Shown here piece after piece: positions 1-18,602 of a DNA stretch of 64,000 nucleotides (position 1 is its first letter; each line of letters begins with the position of its first letter). Both the position numbers and the translations under genes were made by a program. This DNA is from Salpingoeca rosetta (Eukaryota; Protista; Choanoflagellata): positions 228,735-292,734 of the forward strand of contig JAWQFM010000007.1 of the NCBI GenBank assembly GCA_033442325.1. The letters run 5' to 3'. Under the pieces are notes generated by a model. It searched no databases. It had not been told where the DNA came from and was given only the letters and a program-made list of their open reading frames with translations.

Positions 1-38
1 AAAATGTGCGTGTGTGTATGTGTGTGTAGATGGTAGAC

Positions 39-1253
39 TCATGAGGCAGCGACGCGATGACGCCAACAGGCTGCAGGTTCCATGGTGTGCATGAGAGGGT
101 TGACCTGTGGTGCAGGGCTGATGCGGCGCTCGTACACGACTGGGCCGGTTCCGCGAATCAGACGCACACGCAGTCGCTCCACGTACCCTGTTGCAGACGC
201 AGGAGAAGAAGGGGGAGGGTGTGTGTGTGTGCGTGTGTGTGTGTGTGTGTGCGCGAAGCACATGAAGGCGCGTGAGCACGACCGGGAAGGAAGGGCTGTC
301 TCACAGCAGCAACGAGTCACACACAAACACTCACAGCAGACACATGCACACACGCACCTGGGTCAGCGCGTTGGTGGAATGGCTCAGGCTCAGGGGCGTT
401 GTAGTATGGAAACGAGGGCGCAGGATACACCATATCAATGTCCGTTGGCCTGCGTGAAGCCGTCAACAGGGTGCGGGCACACGTTAAGGGAAAGTGGGGG
501 GGGGGGACGGTGTGTGCGTGTGTGTCAGCTTGTGTGTTTGTGTGACGTGGGGAAAAAACGGGACGAATGGAATGGCCAGGCGTAGCGAGAAGGCGAGGCA
601 CGTCACGAGCAGAGTGGCAGCTCAGGGAACCACACCATCTGGGCTGCGGTTGCGTGTTGGTATCTCGTTCCTGTGGAAGGACCGTCTTGCGATGCATGGG
701 TGTCTTCAGCTTCGTCACCACCTACACGCACAACCACGGTGACACAGCATTCAGCAAGACCAAACAGGTAGCAGGTGTCAGTGAGTTGGAAAGACCTTTC
801 CCTGGGTGGCTTGTGGCAGGATCGAGTCGCAGCCAGACAAGCACACGCCACACGCAAGCATGCGCTTGCCATCACAGCGTACTTGCACAACAAGACCCAC
901 ACCACTACGCAGCACGTTTCCAAGGCACGACACAACAACAGCCATAGCACAGCATGTCATTGCACCTGTTTGCCTCCGACGACGACGTATTCCACTTGGG
1001 TGCTGAGCTTGGCTTGCTCTGCCGTTGACATGGGCGCCGATGCCCTGCGCTGCTCCGTGTGCCGCACAGCGCCACTTGCGTCGCGGTCCTCCTGGTCTTC
1101 GCCGTCAGCGTTGGCAGCGACCGATGTGTTGGAGAGGACATCGGTGTGGTATTCTTTTGCAATGCCATCGTAGAAGCGGTGGCGGATCTCGTTGTGCCCG
1201 CCCAGCATCTTCTCAAGGCGTTCGCGCAGCCGCCGCTCCACATCGTATGACAT
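39..1253 (-). CDS. Spliced gene of unknown function (3' end uncertain, may run off the window)
   Basis: ATG at 1253 (MSYDVERRLRERLEKMLGGHNEIRHRFYDG...) with a GT donor near 965. Further coding-like blocks lie at ~810-670, ~448-358 and ~188-39, separated by CA/GT-rich introns. No family recognised. Confidence 0.5.
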
Positions 1254-1438
1254 GGCCAGAGGGGATGCGTCGCCCCTCCTCTCACACCACACACACGCTC
1301 ACACACTCGCACTCTCGCACACACGACTCTCGCTCCCTCGCAACTACAACAACACCCTCAACAACAGCAACAACAACAACGACGAGTGTATCCGTTTTTT
1401 CGCGTTGCGTTGATGATTCGATTGCACACTGGCTGGCG

Positions 1439-8121
<6,683 letters not shown>

Positions 8122-8479
8122 TAGAGCAGGTGCACACGCACACAAGCACGTACGCACATGCATCGACACGCACGCACAACCATGCATGGGCGCACAGTTG
8201 ATGGTGGTGATGGTGTACCGATAGAGAATCGAACAACTGAACTTGTGTCGGATGAAGTTCGAGTATTCGTTCATTTGGAGTTGACGCGGAACATCAACTG
8301 GCGGTGACCAGGGACACGAAGACACAACACTATCCCAAAGAGATCAACGGGCAGACATCCATACAGCAGCCAAACACGCAGCATGACGCGTTAACGACGC
8401 ACACACACACACACATCTGCACACACGCACACACACACATCTGCACACACGCACACACGCACGCACACACATACACACA

Positions 8480-8517
<38 letters not shown>

Positions 8518-8617
8518 NNNNNNNNNNNNNNNNNNNNNNNNNNNNNNNNNNNNNNNNNNNNNNNNNNNNNNNNNNNNNNNNNNNNNNNNNNNNNNNNNNN
8601 NNNNNNNNNNNNNNNNN
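8518..8617. other. Assembly gap (100 N)
   Basis: N run within (CA)n. Confidence 1.
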
Positions 8618-8655
<38 letters not shown>

Positions 8656-8658
8656 AGG

Positions 8659-10160
8659 CTACAGGGCTGTGCCGCGTTCGAAGCTGTCCTTGATGTCTTT
8701 GCTGTATTTCCCGTAGTACTTCTCCAACTTTTCGTTGTACACGCGGTTCCTGCACACACACACACACACACGAGAAAGCGAGAGGGAAACGGAGGGAGGG
8801 AGAGCAAGGGCGTGATTGTACATATGCGTCAGAATATGTATGGGAGGGAGAGCAAGTGCGTTCGAGTATGTGGTGTATGCATGCGGCTTTGTGCGTGTGA
8901 AGCAGGTGTGTGCACAGAACGAACAGGATGTATCAGGTCACATCAACAAATCGCGAGATAGCACGCATGGCACGCGGGACGCACTTTTCGTTGATGTAGT
9001 CGATGTCACCGTGCTTGTACACTGCACGCCGCCTCCTGAACTTCTTCTTCTTCTCGATTCTGAAGAAAGTTGATAAAGCATGCACGCGGCGGCATTCATT
9101 GTGAGCGTTGGACACGATGGGGCACAGCTGATCCATTCACGCGAGCACGTGTCGAAGCAGATAGAGAGGAGCCACACGCACACACCGATGCACACACACA
9201 CACACACACACACAGACCGACGCGCGCGCGCACACACACACAGACACACACACAGACACAGACACACACAGTGCGAAGGTGCTGCTTGAACGTACTGTGC
9301 CTCGACATCGGTGACCAGTGCGTCAACGGCCTCCTTGCGCGGTTTCTTGAAGGGCTCAAGCTCATCGGCCTCCTCTGTGGCAACGTCTTCCGACACTGTC
9401 GGCTTCAGCTGCTTTGTCAAGCGCTCATATTGCCGCCTCGAGTCTGTGAAGCAGCAAACACGGGCAGTAAAGCAGTGAGCACACGCAAAGGCACACCGAC
9501 ACAGGGGCTGCGCTATCATGAGTGCAATACAATTGCAGAGATGGGTCCACCAAAAACACACACAGATGGACGAACACAAACAGAATCGGATTCAGACACA
9601 CACACACACATACACACACATACACATACACATACACATACACAAACAGACAGACAGACATACTGTGCGACGTACTTTCGGCCTTTGTGGCGATGCGTTC
9701 AGCAGCCATGTTTGGCTTCTTGGAGCGCTTCTTTGAGAACTGTTTTGCGTCCTCCACGGTCATGCTCATGGCACGCACGCGATCGTAGTCCAGTCCTTTC
9801 TCCTCCGCTTCCTGTGCCAAGAGGACAGGAGGACGTTACAAAGGTAAGCAGCGGACACGCGTCAACACCATGCACGCAAGGAGGACGCACGCGTGCCAAT
9901 GTTGACGTACATTCGCACGCCCTCTCTCATACTCACACTCAAATAGAGACACAATCATCACACACACACAAATAATGCACCTTGCGCTTGCGATCATCCT
10001 CCAGTTTCCACTCTGCGCGGGCTTTGCGTGCTTCGTAGTTCTTCGGCAGCTTTGCGCGCCTGTCCTCCTCTGCCACCTGCTCCTGCGTGTCACGCCTGCC
10101 TTGCTCCCTCTTCTTCTTCAGCTCAGCAAGGCGAGCTCGCATCGCCGAACGATCAGCCAT
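8659..10160 (-). CDS. SYF2: Pre-mRNA splicing factor SYF2, 5 exons
   Basis: [24 protein letters not shown]; [18 protein letters not shown]; [12 protein letters not shown]; KKKKFRRRR...[37 protein letters not shown], which is the typical SYF2 C-terminus. Confidence 0.95.
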
Positions 10161-10202
10161 ATCCGCTACTCTTTGTCGTGTCGGAGCGCGTACATGGATA
10201 TA
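10161..10202. promoter_or_regulatory. Ultra-short divergent intergenic region SYF2/BLOC1S4
   Basis: 42 bp between opposing ATGs. Promoter function is inferred from the geometry. Confidence 0.55.
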
Positions 10203-11529
10203 ATGGCCGACCAACAACGCGACACAACGGCTGCGGCAGTGGTGGTGGATGTTGACGGGATGGCGCGGGCGTGTGCGGCGTGCGTGGATGCCAGGACCCC
10301 GACGAGTGACAAGGACTTGGGTGACATCACAGAGAGTGCAGACCAGCTCCTTGCTCGCATCGATGCCTATGGCGGCCTACTGCAAGCCGTAAGCCCCTGT
10401 GCAGTGCTTGTGCTTTGGGTGCTTGTGCCTTGCGTGCTTGTGCTTTGTTTGTGTTTGTATTCAACGCGCCTCGTTGGTCGTGAACTGACGCAGCTGTGCA
10501 TGCCCTTGTGGTTGCGTGTCATCCGACGACAGTTGACAATGGAACGACAAGAGATGGAGACAGCAACCCTGCCCATGCTCAAGGCCAATTGCGACCGGCT
10601 TGTGGAGCTGTTCCACAAGATTGATCAGATTGAAGTGTGTTACAATTGTGCTTGTGCGTATGTGGGTGTGTGGCTGTGTGTGTATGGGTGTGTGTGTGCT
10701 TGTGCTTGTGCTTGTGCTTGTGCTTGTGCTTGTGCTTGCGCTTGTGCTTGTGCTTGTGCTTGTGCGTGTGTGGGTGTGTGGCTGTATGTGTTGTTGAAGG
10801 GATAGCAGGATGGATGGCGTACTATGGAGGGTCTGTACTCGTGTGTCCTTCTTGCTCACGCACGCACGCGCTTGCACGCATAGGCTGTGGTGAACATTGT
10901 TCGGGGTAGAATGCAGGATGTTGAGGCTGAACTGAACGCGGTAGACAAGAAGCCAAAGAGCACCTCGGTCGTCACTGGCATGTTCCGGTCTCTTCGTGCA
11001 GGCTTTCTCGGGGTATGCGGTTCTGTGTGTGTGCGTGTGTGTGTGTGTGTGTATGTGTGTGTGTGTGTGCGTGTGTGTCTGTGTGTGTGTGTCTGTGTCT
11101 GTGTCTGTGTGTGTGTGTGTGTGTGTCTGTGTGTGTGTGTGTGTCTGTGTACGCCTGTGTGGTTTTTCTGTGTGTGCCTGCCTATCTGTGTCCGTATGTG
11201 TCAGATGTTCCTGCCCCTCTGTCCATCTCGAATTCTTCCTGCCTGTCTTCTTGATCGTCTTTCTCCACATCTGTGTTTGCTTGCATCTCCCTGCCGCTCC
11301 CATGTCTCACGCTCTGCCATTCCCTCCCCCCTCCCTCCCTCCCACGCCATCCAAACCCCAGCGACGGTCCGCGTCGCCATCATCATCATCATCCTCATCA
11401 TCTTCTTCGAGTGCACCACCGCCTGGCGGGATAGCAGTAGAGCCCGACCCAAACTGGCAGCCGCCGCAACTCTGGTCAACACCAGACATATTCCCTGCCA
11501 CAACACCACCGCCGCCAGCAACCCAATAG
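10203..11529 (+). CDS. BLOC1S4: BLOC-1 complex subunit 4 (cappuccino-like), 4 exons
   Basis: LLARIDAYGGLL / LVELFHKIDQIEAVVNIVRGRMQDVEAEL / C-terminal WQPPQLWSTPDIFP. This parallels the cappuccino pattern as I recall it (L.R.DEF.G.L...IDRLEAFV..V...V..ME...P.LF.T.DYF). Alternative ATG at 10194. Confidence 0.7.
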
Positions 11530-11660
11530 TGTGGCGTGTGGCATGTCGGCGCACTCCCTGCGCACTTTTTAAGCCCGGCTCGCTCCAGTTCAACGCTGTG
11601 ACATGTTACAGGACTAGCCAGCAATGCATGCTTGTATCTCTGAGTATTGTGTTGTGTTGT

Positions 11661-11706
<46 letters not shown>

Positions 11707-12090
11707 GCACCTTAGCAACCCCTCCCCCCCCCCCTGTTGGCATTGCACAAACGAACTGTGCACGATTGTACGGTATACATGTGCGAGCTTGATACGTTGT
11801 ACGTGGGGGATACATGGCAGCACCAAGTTGCAATACCAAGTTGCAATACACACCACAAGAATCATACACAGACGTGCGACGTAAGCTGTTCGGTAGACAC
11901 ATTCACAAACATTCAAGCGATGAAGTGGCTGTGATGGGTGATAGTCAGCCCTCACATAACAGTGTGTGTGTGTGTGTGTGTTGGGGGGGGGTGAGAAACA
12001 GATTCACACCAATAACAGCAACCGCGTGTGCGTTGGGACGCGGTAGTTGGGGTGAGAGGGTGACACAAAGGCCAATCAATGTCAGCGGGT

Positions 12091-13145
12091 TTACTTCTTC
12101 TTGGCCTTGGAGCCGCGGGGAGGAAGCGGCTCGCCAATGTTCTTGCCGCGCAGCTTCACACCAAGCACCCGCTCCATCTTGCTCAGCGTCTGCTGGTTCG
12201 GGATGGCCTTGCCTGTCTCGTAGTCTTGCACAACAGCAGGCTTCTCGTTGATCTTCGTGGCAAAGTCCTTACGGTTCAGGCCCTTGTCGTTTCGCGCCTT
12301 CATGATCGTCTGTCCAACCTGCAGCGGCACCTTCTTGTCTGTTGTGTGTGTGTGTGTGTGCGTGTGTGTGTGTGTGTGTGCGTGTGTGTGTGTGTATTTT
12401 GTGGCATAACGGGTGGTGTTGCAATGATGTGATTGCGAGACACGAGATGAACGGCAGCGTTTTCATCAACCGACACACACACACACACACACATATATGC
12501 AAGGACACGGAGCGCGGAAAGAAGGCAAACGTACGTGCGAGCTTCTCTGTTTCGGCGTCGAGTACCGCCGTGTTCTTGTCGGTCGACTTCTGCTTGTTAC
12601 CGCCCGCACCATCTGACAACGAAGAAGATGCAGTCGAACAAAAAGCAACACGACAGGACGCAGGCGAGGTGAGAAAAATACAGCATACACACCTTGCAAC
12701 TCATCCAAGCGCCTCTCCTTCACACACACACACACATAGAGCTTGCTCCCAGTTGCTTACACTTCTTCTGTGTCGACACGCCAGCACCAGACCGCAGTGC
12801 CGCGTTCACGGCCTACACATGCAAGCGCGACAACAGCAGTGAGAAGGCTTGTAGCAAGAAGTGGACAAGAGCGTCTAACATGCATCACAAACGCAGACAC
12901 ACAAAGACACAAAGACACAAAGGCACAGATGCACACACACACACACACAAGCACACACACACACACAAAAACATACACTCACAGACACAGATGCACACAC
13001 ACACACACACACACAAACATACATACACACTCTCACACACACACACACGCACAAACAAACAGAAACACACCTGCTTGCTGCGGGCCTGGGATGCATTTGG
13101 CTTCTTCTTGCGAATAACCACAGGAGCCCAGTCTTGATCACCCAT
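12091..13145 (-). CDS. MBF1: Multiprotein bridging factor 1 (EDF1/MBF1), 4 exons
   Basis: [14 protein letters not shown]; [17 protein letters not shown]; GAGGNKQ...[12 protein letters not shown]; HTH domain [43 protein letters not shown]. Confidence 0.96.
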
Positions 13146-13332
13146 TGTTCTGCGTTGGCTTGTCGATGAGAACAGGAAGAAAATGTGCTTGCTTGCTCGC
13201 TCTTGCTGCTTTGCTTTGCTTCGATGATATTGGGTGGTGGTGGAAGAAATTACGTACACGCACAGCTGCCACGTCAGCGAAAGATTATTCACAAATTTCT
13301 ACAATCCAAACAACAGGACTGGGGCTGGTGTT
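13146..13332. promoter_or_regulatory. Probable bidirectional promoter MBF1/NAGLU-like
   Basis: 187 bp between opposing ATGs, with a more AT-rich core. Confidence 0.5.
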
Positions 13333-15747
13333 ATGGTGCGAGCTCAGCGCCCAAGAGTCGTGTACCTCTTGGTGGCGCTGGTAGCGCTGGTGCTGGGCTG
13401 TTGTGGGTGTTGTTGCAGGGGCACCAGTGAGGTTGGTGGTGGCGGTGTTGCTGATCCCGCGTCATCAACAACCACACGGCGTGGGCTGCCCGTGTTCACT
13501 GAGAAGGACGCCGTGCGTGCAGCGCAGGCACTGGTGCGACGCCGCCTGGGCAGCGACGCGCTCAACCACTTTGAGTTCTACCTGATCAACACCACACACG
13601 ATGAAACGCTGTGCTTTGAGCTGGCAAACAGCAACACCAACGCATCAGTCGTCACCATCGGCGGAACATCGCCCGTGGAGATGGCGACGGGGCTCAACTT
13701 CTTCCTGCGCGAGTACTTGCACATGTCCTTCTCCTGGAACAAGACTGGCGGAGACGTGATCCATCCTCTCCCAGCCACCATGCCGGTCGTCCACTCGCAC
13801 CACGCGCATGTCAACAAGACTACCTTCTACACATACTACCAGAACGTCGTCACCGTCTCCTACTCCATGGTGTGTGCATTTGCGTGCGTTGGCGTGTGTT
13901 TGCGCATGCATTTGCACAGCAGTGTGCGTGTGTGGCGTGCGCATGACGTATCTCCTCCTCATCGTCATCTTCCTCCTCTTCCTTCCTCCTGCTTTCTTCC
14001 TCCTCTCCTGTTTTGCCGTGATACCGTTGCCGCGCTCTGCAGGTGTGGTGGGACTGGCAGCGGTGGGAAGAAGAGATTGACTGGATGGCCATGAATGGCG
14101 TCAACCTTGCACTCGCATACACGGGCCAGGAGTACGTTTACCGCAAGGTAAACGCTCACACGCACACGCTTTGCTTGCACCACATTCACACGCATTCATG
14201 TGATATGAGATCACTCCTGACTACGGCAGCATACGCACGCACGCGCATTGCAAACACACGCACGCGCATAGCAAACACACGCACGCGCATAGCAAGCATG
14301 CACATTGCAAGCATGCACATTGCAAGCATACACAGCCCTCTTTTCCCCACGTAACCGGCCTCCCCCCCCCCCCTACCTCAAAATACACAATCAGGTGTAT
14401 GAGAAGCTTGGCGTGACGCAGGCGCAGCTTGCCGAGTTCTTTGACGGGCCGGCGTACCTGGCGTGGTCGCGTGGCCAGGGCGCCGCTGGCGTAGGAGGGC
14501 CACTGCCGTCACAATGGTACAAGCAGCAGTGGGAGCTGCAACGCGCAATCGTACAGCGGCAGACAGAGCTTGGTATCGGCAGTCTGCTGCCTGCGTTCCA
14601 GGGCAATGTCCCCGCTGCGCTGGCACAGCTGTATCCGCACGCCAACATCTCCAACGGGTGGCTGGACGGCCTCGACCCGCTCTTCGCAACCATCGCCGAC
14701 CTCACCATGCAGGAACTCATTGCGGACTTTGGCGCCACCCATTTCTACCAGGCTGACGGCTTCTTCGACCACTCCACAGGCCCGTGGGTGGATGGCTCCA
14801 GCTCACAGCCACCCGCACGCACACGCGCACCATCACAGCGGCAGCAGCACCAGCACCAGCACCAGCACCAGCACCAGCACCAGCACCAGCACCAGCACCA
14901 GCACCAGCACCAGCACCAGCACCAGCACCAGCACCAGCAGCAGCTACTGCAGCAGTGGCCGGATGCTGGTGTCACGTGCACGTTTTCCAATGCCACCCAA
15001 GACACATATCTTGCCGGCTGCAGCCAAGGGTGCAAGGCCTTCGCCAGCCTCGCAGCTGCAAAAGCCGCGTGCGCCGGTGAGATGACGTGTGGGGGCGTCA
15101 CCTTCAATCCGAGTGTGGGGCACTATGAAATGCGTGCAGGCATGACGCCGCTGCCGTCGCCGTCAAACGAGACGTCCTGGTTCATCACCAACGTCCTCCA
15201 GTGCCGCGACATCCAGCCAGATGCAGCAGCACACGCCCGCGCCAAGGCCGTGTACACCACCATGACAAAGCGCGACCCACACGCCATCTGGGTGTACCAA
15301 GGGTGGATATGGCTGGACCTCGACAACGCCCAAGGGTTCTCGTTCATGTCCGGCTTCACCAGCGCCGTACCGCGCGGGCGCCTGGTCATCTTGGATATGG
15401 AGGCGGAGTTTGACGAGATCTGGGCGTGGTCGCAGTCGTTCTTCAACACCACATTCATCTGGGCCGCCATGGACAACTTTGGCGGGAACAACGGCATGTA
15501 CGGTGACATCCAGCTCGTCTTTGATCGCACGCGTCGCGTGTTTGCACAGAGCGATGCGGTCGTTGGCGTCGGCATCACCATGGAAGGCATCGACCAGAAC
15601 CCAGCATACTACCAGGCGTACGTGGACCTGCCTTTGTTTTTCAACACTGAGTTGTTGTGGCAGTTGTCGCGTTTGGGGGGGGGGGGCACTTATGGGAAGC
15701 AAAGGGCGTTATTTGCTCGATGGTTGCCACGCGACAGGCACACACAC

Positions 15748-15808
<61 letters not shown>

Positions 15809-17433
15809 TATGCTCCACATTCCACGTGCTTGCTTGCTTGTCACCAAACAGGGTGCTGGATACGGCGTGGAAGACAGACCTCTCGCTGTCATCGTTCCTC
15901 CAAGGATGGGGTCGCTCGCGCTGTGGCATGCAGCCCACCACCACCACCACCACCACCACCACCACCACCACAACCACCACCACCACCACCACCACCACCA
16001 CCACCACCACCACCACCACCACCACCACCACCACCACCACCACCACCACCAGCAGCACTACAAACTACATCTGCCATGAACAACCTCATCACTCGGAAGT
16101 AGAGAAGACAGAATAGAAGAACAATAACTGCTCCTCTCTATTTACGTGCCCCATTGGCAATTTCGGGCTGTCAGGGATAGCAAAAAGGACGAGGTGGCGC
16201 GGTGAGTATGTGCTCGCGCTGCCACGGAGCGAGAGGAAGAAAACATGGATCGAGTACGATGCGTCGACACTGTCGCGGTAGGAGACGGGTGAGGCAGTGG
16301 GGGAAGGTATGGATGAGTATACATAGTAAACTATGAACAAACGAGCGATGAGAGAGAGTGCAGCCCAGTCTTGAGTAGAAAGTTACTAGTATGGCCGTGC
16401 AGGCACCTGCTTCGAGTGTTGTACAAGGGACCCTACGCTGTGGAAGCACTAGCATGCGTCGATCAGGATCAGTTAGCTGAAAAGTAGCAGCCGACTGATG
16501 CTACGTACCCTTTACCCTACCCATCAAATCTCGCTGCCCATGCAGCTCTAACGATCGGGATCCTAGTCGACCTATGCGTCATTGGAGGNNNNNNNNNNNN
16601 NNNNNNNNNNNNNNNNNNNNNNNNNNNNNNNNNNNNNNNNNNNNNNNNNNNNNNNNNNNNNNNNNNNNNNNNNNNNNNNNNNNNNNNNACAAAATAACGC
16701 TTTTTTTGCTTATTTTGCTTCTCGCCGCTAAGATTTGCTTGATTGTGTGATTATTAGATAAACTACTATATGGCCGATAAATGTATATATGTGGATGTAT
16801 GCGCACGTGCGTATGCGTGTGCGTGCGTGTGCGTGCGTGTGCGTGTCGTGTGTGTGTGTGTATGTGTGTGTGTGTGTGTGCGTGCGTGTGCGTGCGTGTG
16901 CGTGCGTGCGTGCGTGTGTGTGCGTGCGTGTGCGTGCGTGCGTGCGTGTGTGTGTGTGTTTGCGAATATGCTCCTTCATTTGTCGTATACGTCCGCGCTT
17001 GACTGTGGGGATGTGCACGCACTTTGCACGTCAGCACCTTATTGTGTGCACTTGCGTGACAGTGGTGCTCCACTACTCACAGCAAACTCCCACCTGCAAA
17101 CAGAGTGTCCTTTGTTCACTTTTCCTTGCCTCTCTGCCTCCCTGTTCACTATCAACACCACCCTCATTCCCTTCCATCCACACCCCCGCGTTCCTTTTGC
17201 ACCCAAGGATTGCCATGTTCGTTGAGCAAGCTGTTGAAGCGCTCCAGGCATCGACCTCACTGGACACGGGCGCATTCAAGCAGCAATTTCTTCGGTTCGC
17301 CGTGGACTTTGAGAATACCCCATACAATGCCACGCTGTTCCCCCATGTCCCACAGGAGGACCCACTCGCCGTTGCCACCGAGCTCTTTGCCAAGTACTCC
17401 AAGCAACACTCCACCACTTGCTCATGTCTCTAG
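13333..17433 (+). CDS. NAGLU: Alpha-N-acetylglucosaminidase-like (GH89) with internal insertion; part of the C-terminal domain is lost in a gap
   Basis: Signal peptide; [42 protein letters not shown]; [10 protein letters not shown]; [10 protein letters not shown]; WVYQGW; NFGGN; TMEGIDQNP. The terminal exon ~17209-17433 ([20 protein letters not shown]) resembles the NAGLU C-terminus. Confidence 0.88.
16589..16688. other. Assembly gap (100 N)
   Basis: N run inside the NAGLU-like gene. Confidence 1.
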
Positions 17434-18602
17434 CCCGCATGTGTGCTTGTTATATTCCATCCCCCACCCACCACCACCACGCGCTGTTACAGTGTGACCA
17501 CGCCTGCTCCTTCATGGGTGTGCCTGCTCTCCTTCCCCTCTGGCTGTCCTTCCCAACAGCCGATGTGGCTTTCGTGAACGATTTCATATAATTTTCTACA
17601 ATGCCATCCACACGGCAAACTCCCACAACAACAAAGAAGCAGCACGCACCACGACGACAATCACCACGCACGGTGTGCACGCACTGCGTGCTGTCGTGGT
17701 GCACGTTACCACTTCCCCTTTGCCCCTTGCTTCAACACAGTTGGAAGCTGCGTGTTCCAGAAACGTACCATCTGCAACAAGTGTCCTCGCTGGCTAAACC
17801 TGGTCAGCAGCTCGCGTCATCACTGCAAGCTCCATCAGCACTGCCACAATTCGTGCCATGTGTTGGTCGCAGTGCCAAGACAGAACCCGCCCGTGCAGGC
17901 CAACAGCCCATGCAACTTCCCATACGAGCTGCTCACAACCCCGTCTGCATTCACATACCCAAGCCGAGCACGTACCTTGTCCACTATGCAACAACATCCA
18001 AATGCAAATCAGGGACGAGGTGAGCACCGAGGCACACCAACGAGCCGCCCTCCCGTGTTCGTTCACCCTCAACGCGTCTCGCGCGACGGCCCAGAATGGA
18101 TGAGACGCCAGCACGTCGTGGGCAAGTCCGTCAGAGTTTTCCATCCACCATCCACGGCCTCAACCATCCCCCCGCCACCTCAGCACATGAGCACTAACCA
18201 CTCTGTGATCATGGGTTCAGCACGATGCAACGCACAGCAGCTTTGCACCACACCTAAACAGGGAGACGAACCACCCCATCCATCCATATTTGCACGTCCC
18301 CACAGCCGTGCACCGATCTGCAACAGCGAGCAGATGCGACAACAAGCTCGGGTATCTCCACATTTTCCTGATTGTACTCCCAACGTCAACGATCCAAACA
18401 AGACGCGCTCACGCAGAAGACGACGACAAGTTGACGACAGATAGCGCACTTGAAAGACGACCCCAAACAGGCAGCTCCACACCAACGATTGGAAAGTCAG
18501 CAACGGGCAACGCTCGTGAACTGAGTCATCACGTCAGCCACAACTCCTGCCTCAACATCATCGAACACCTTACTTGAACGCGCACACAGCCACAGGCAAG
18601 CC

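Noticed and set aside
13268-13277. TGACGTGG (CRE/G-box-like) on the minus strand in the MBF1/NAGLU spacer
   Set aside because: A single short match that is expected by chance.
16050-16790. Atypical sequence after the (ACC)n run in the NAGLU-like gene, including a degraded polylinker-like string (gggatcctagtcgacct, ~16557-16573)
   Set aside because: It abuts an N gap and looks like a low-quality read end or vector remnant. It is not treated as an insertion element, and the stop at 16116 is not trusted.
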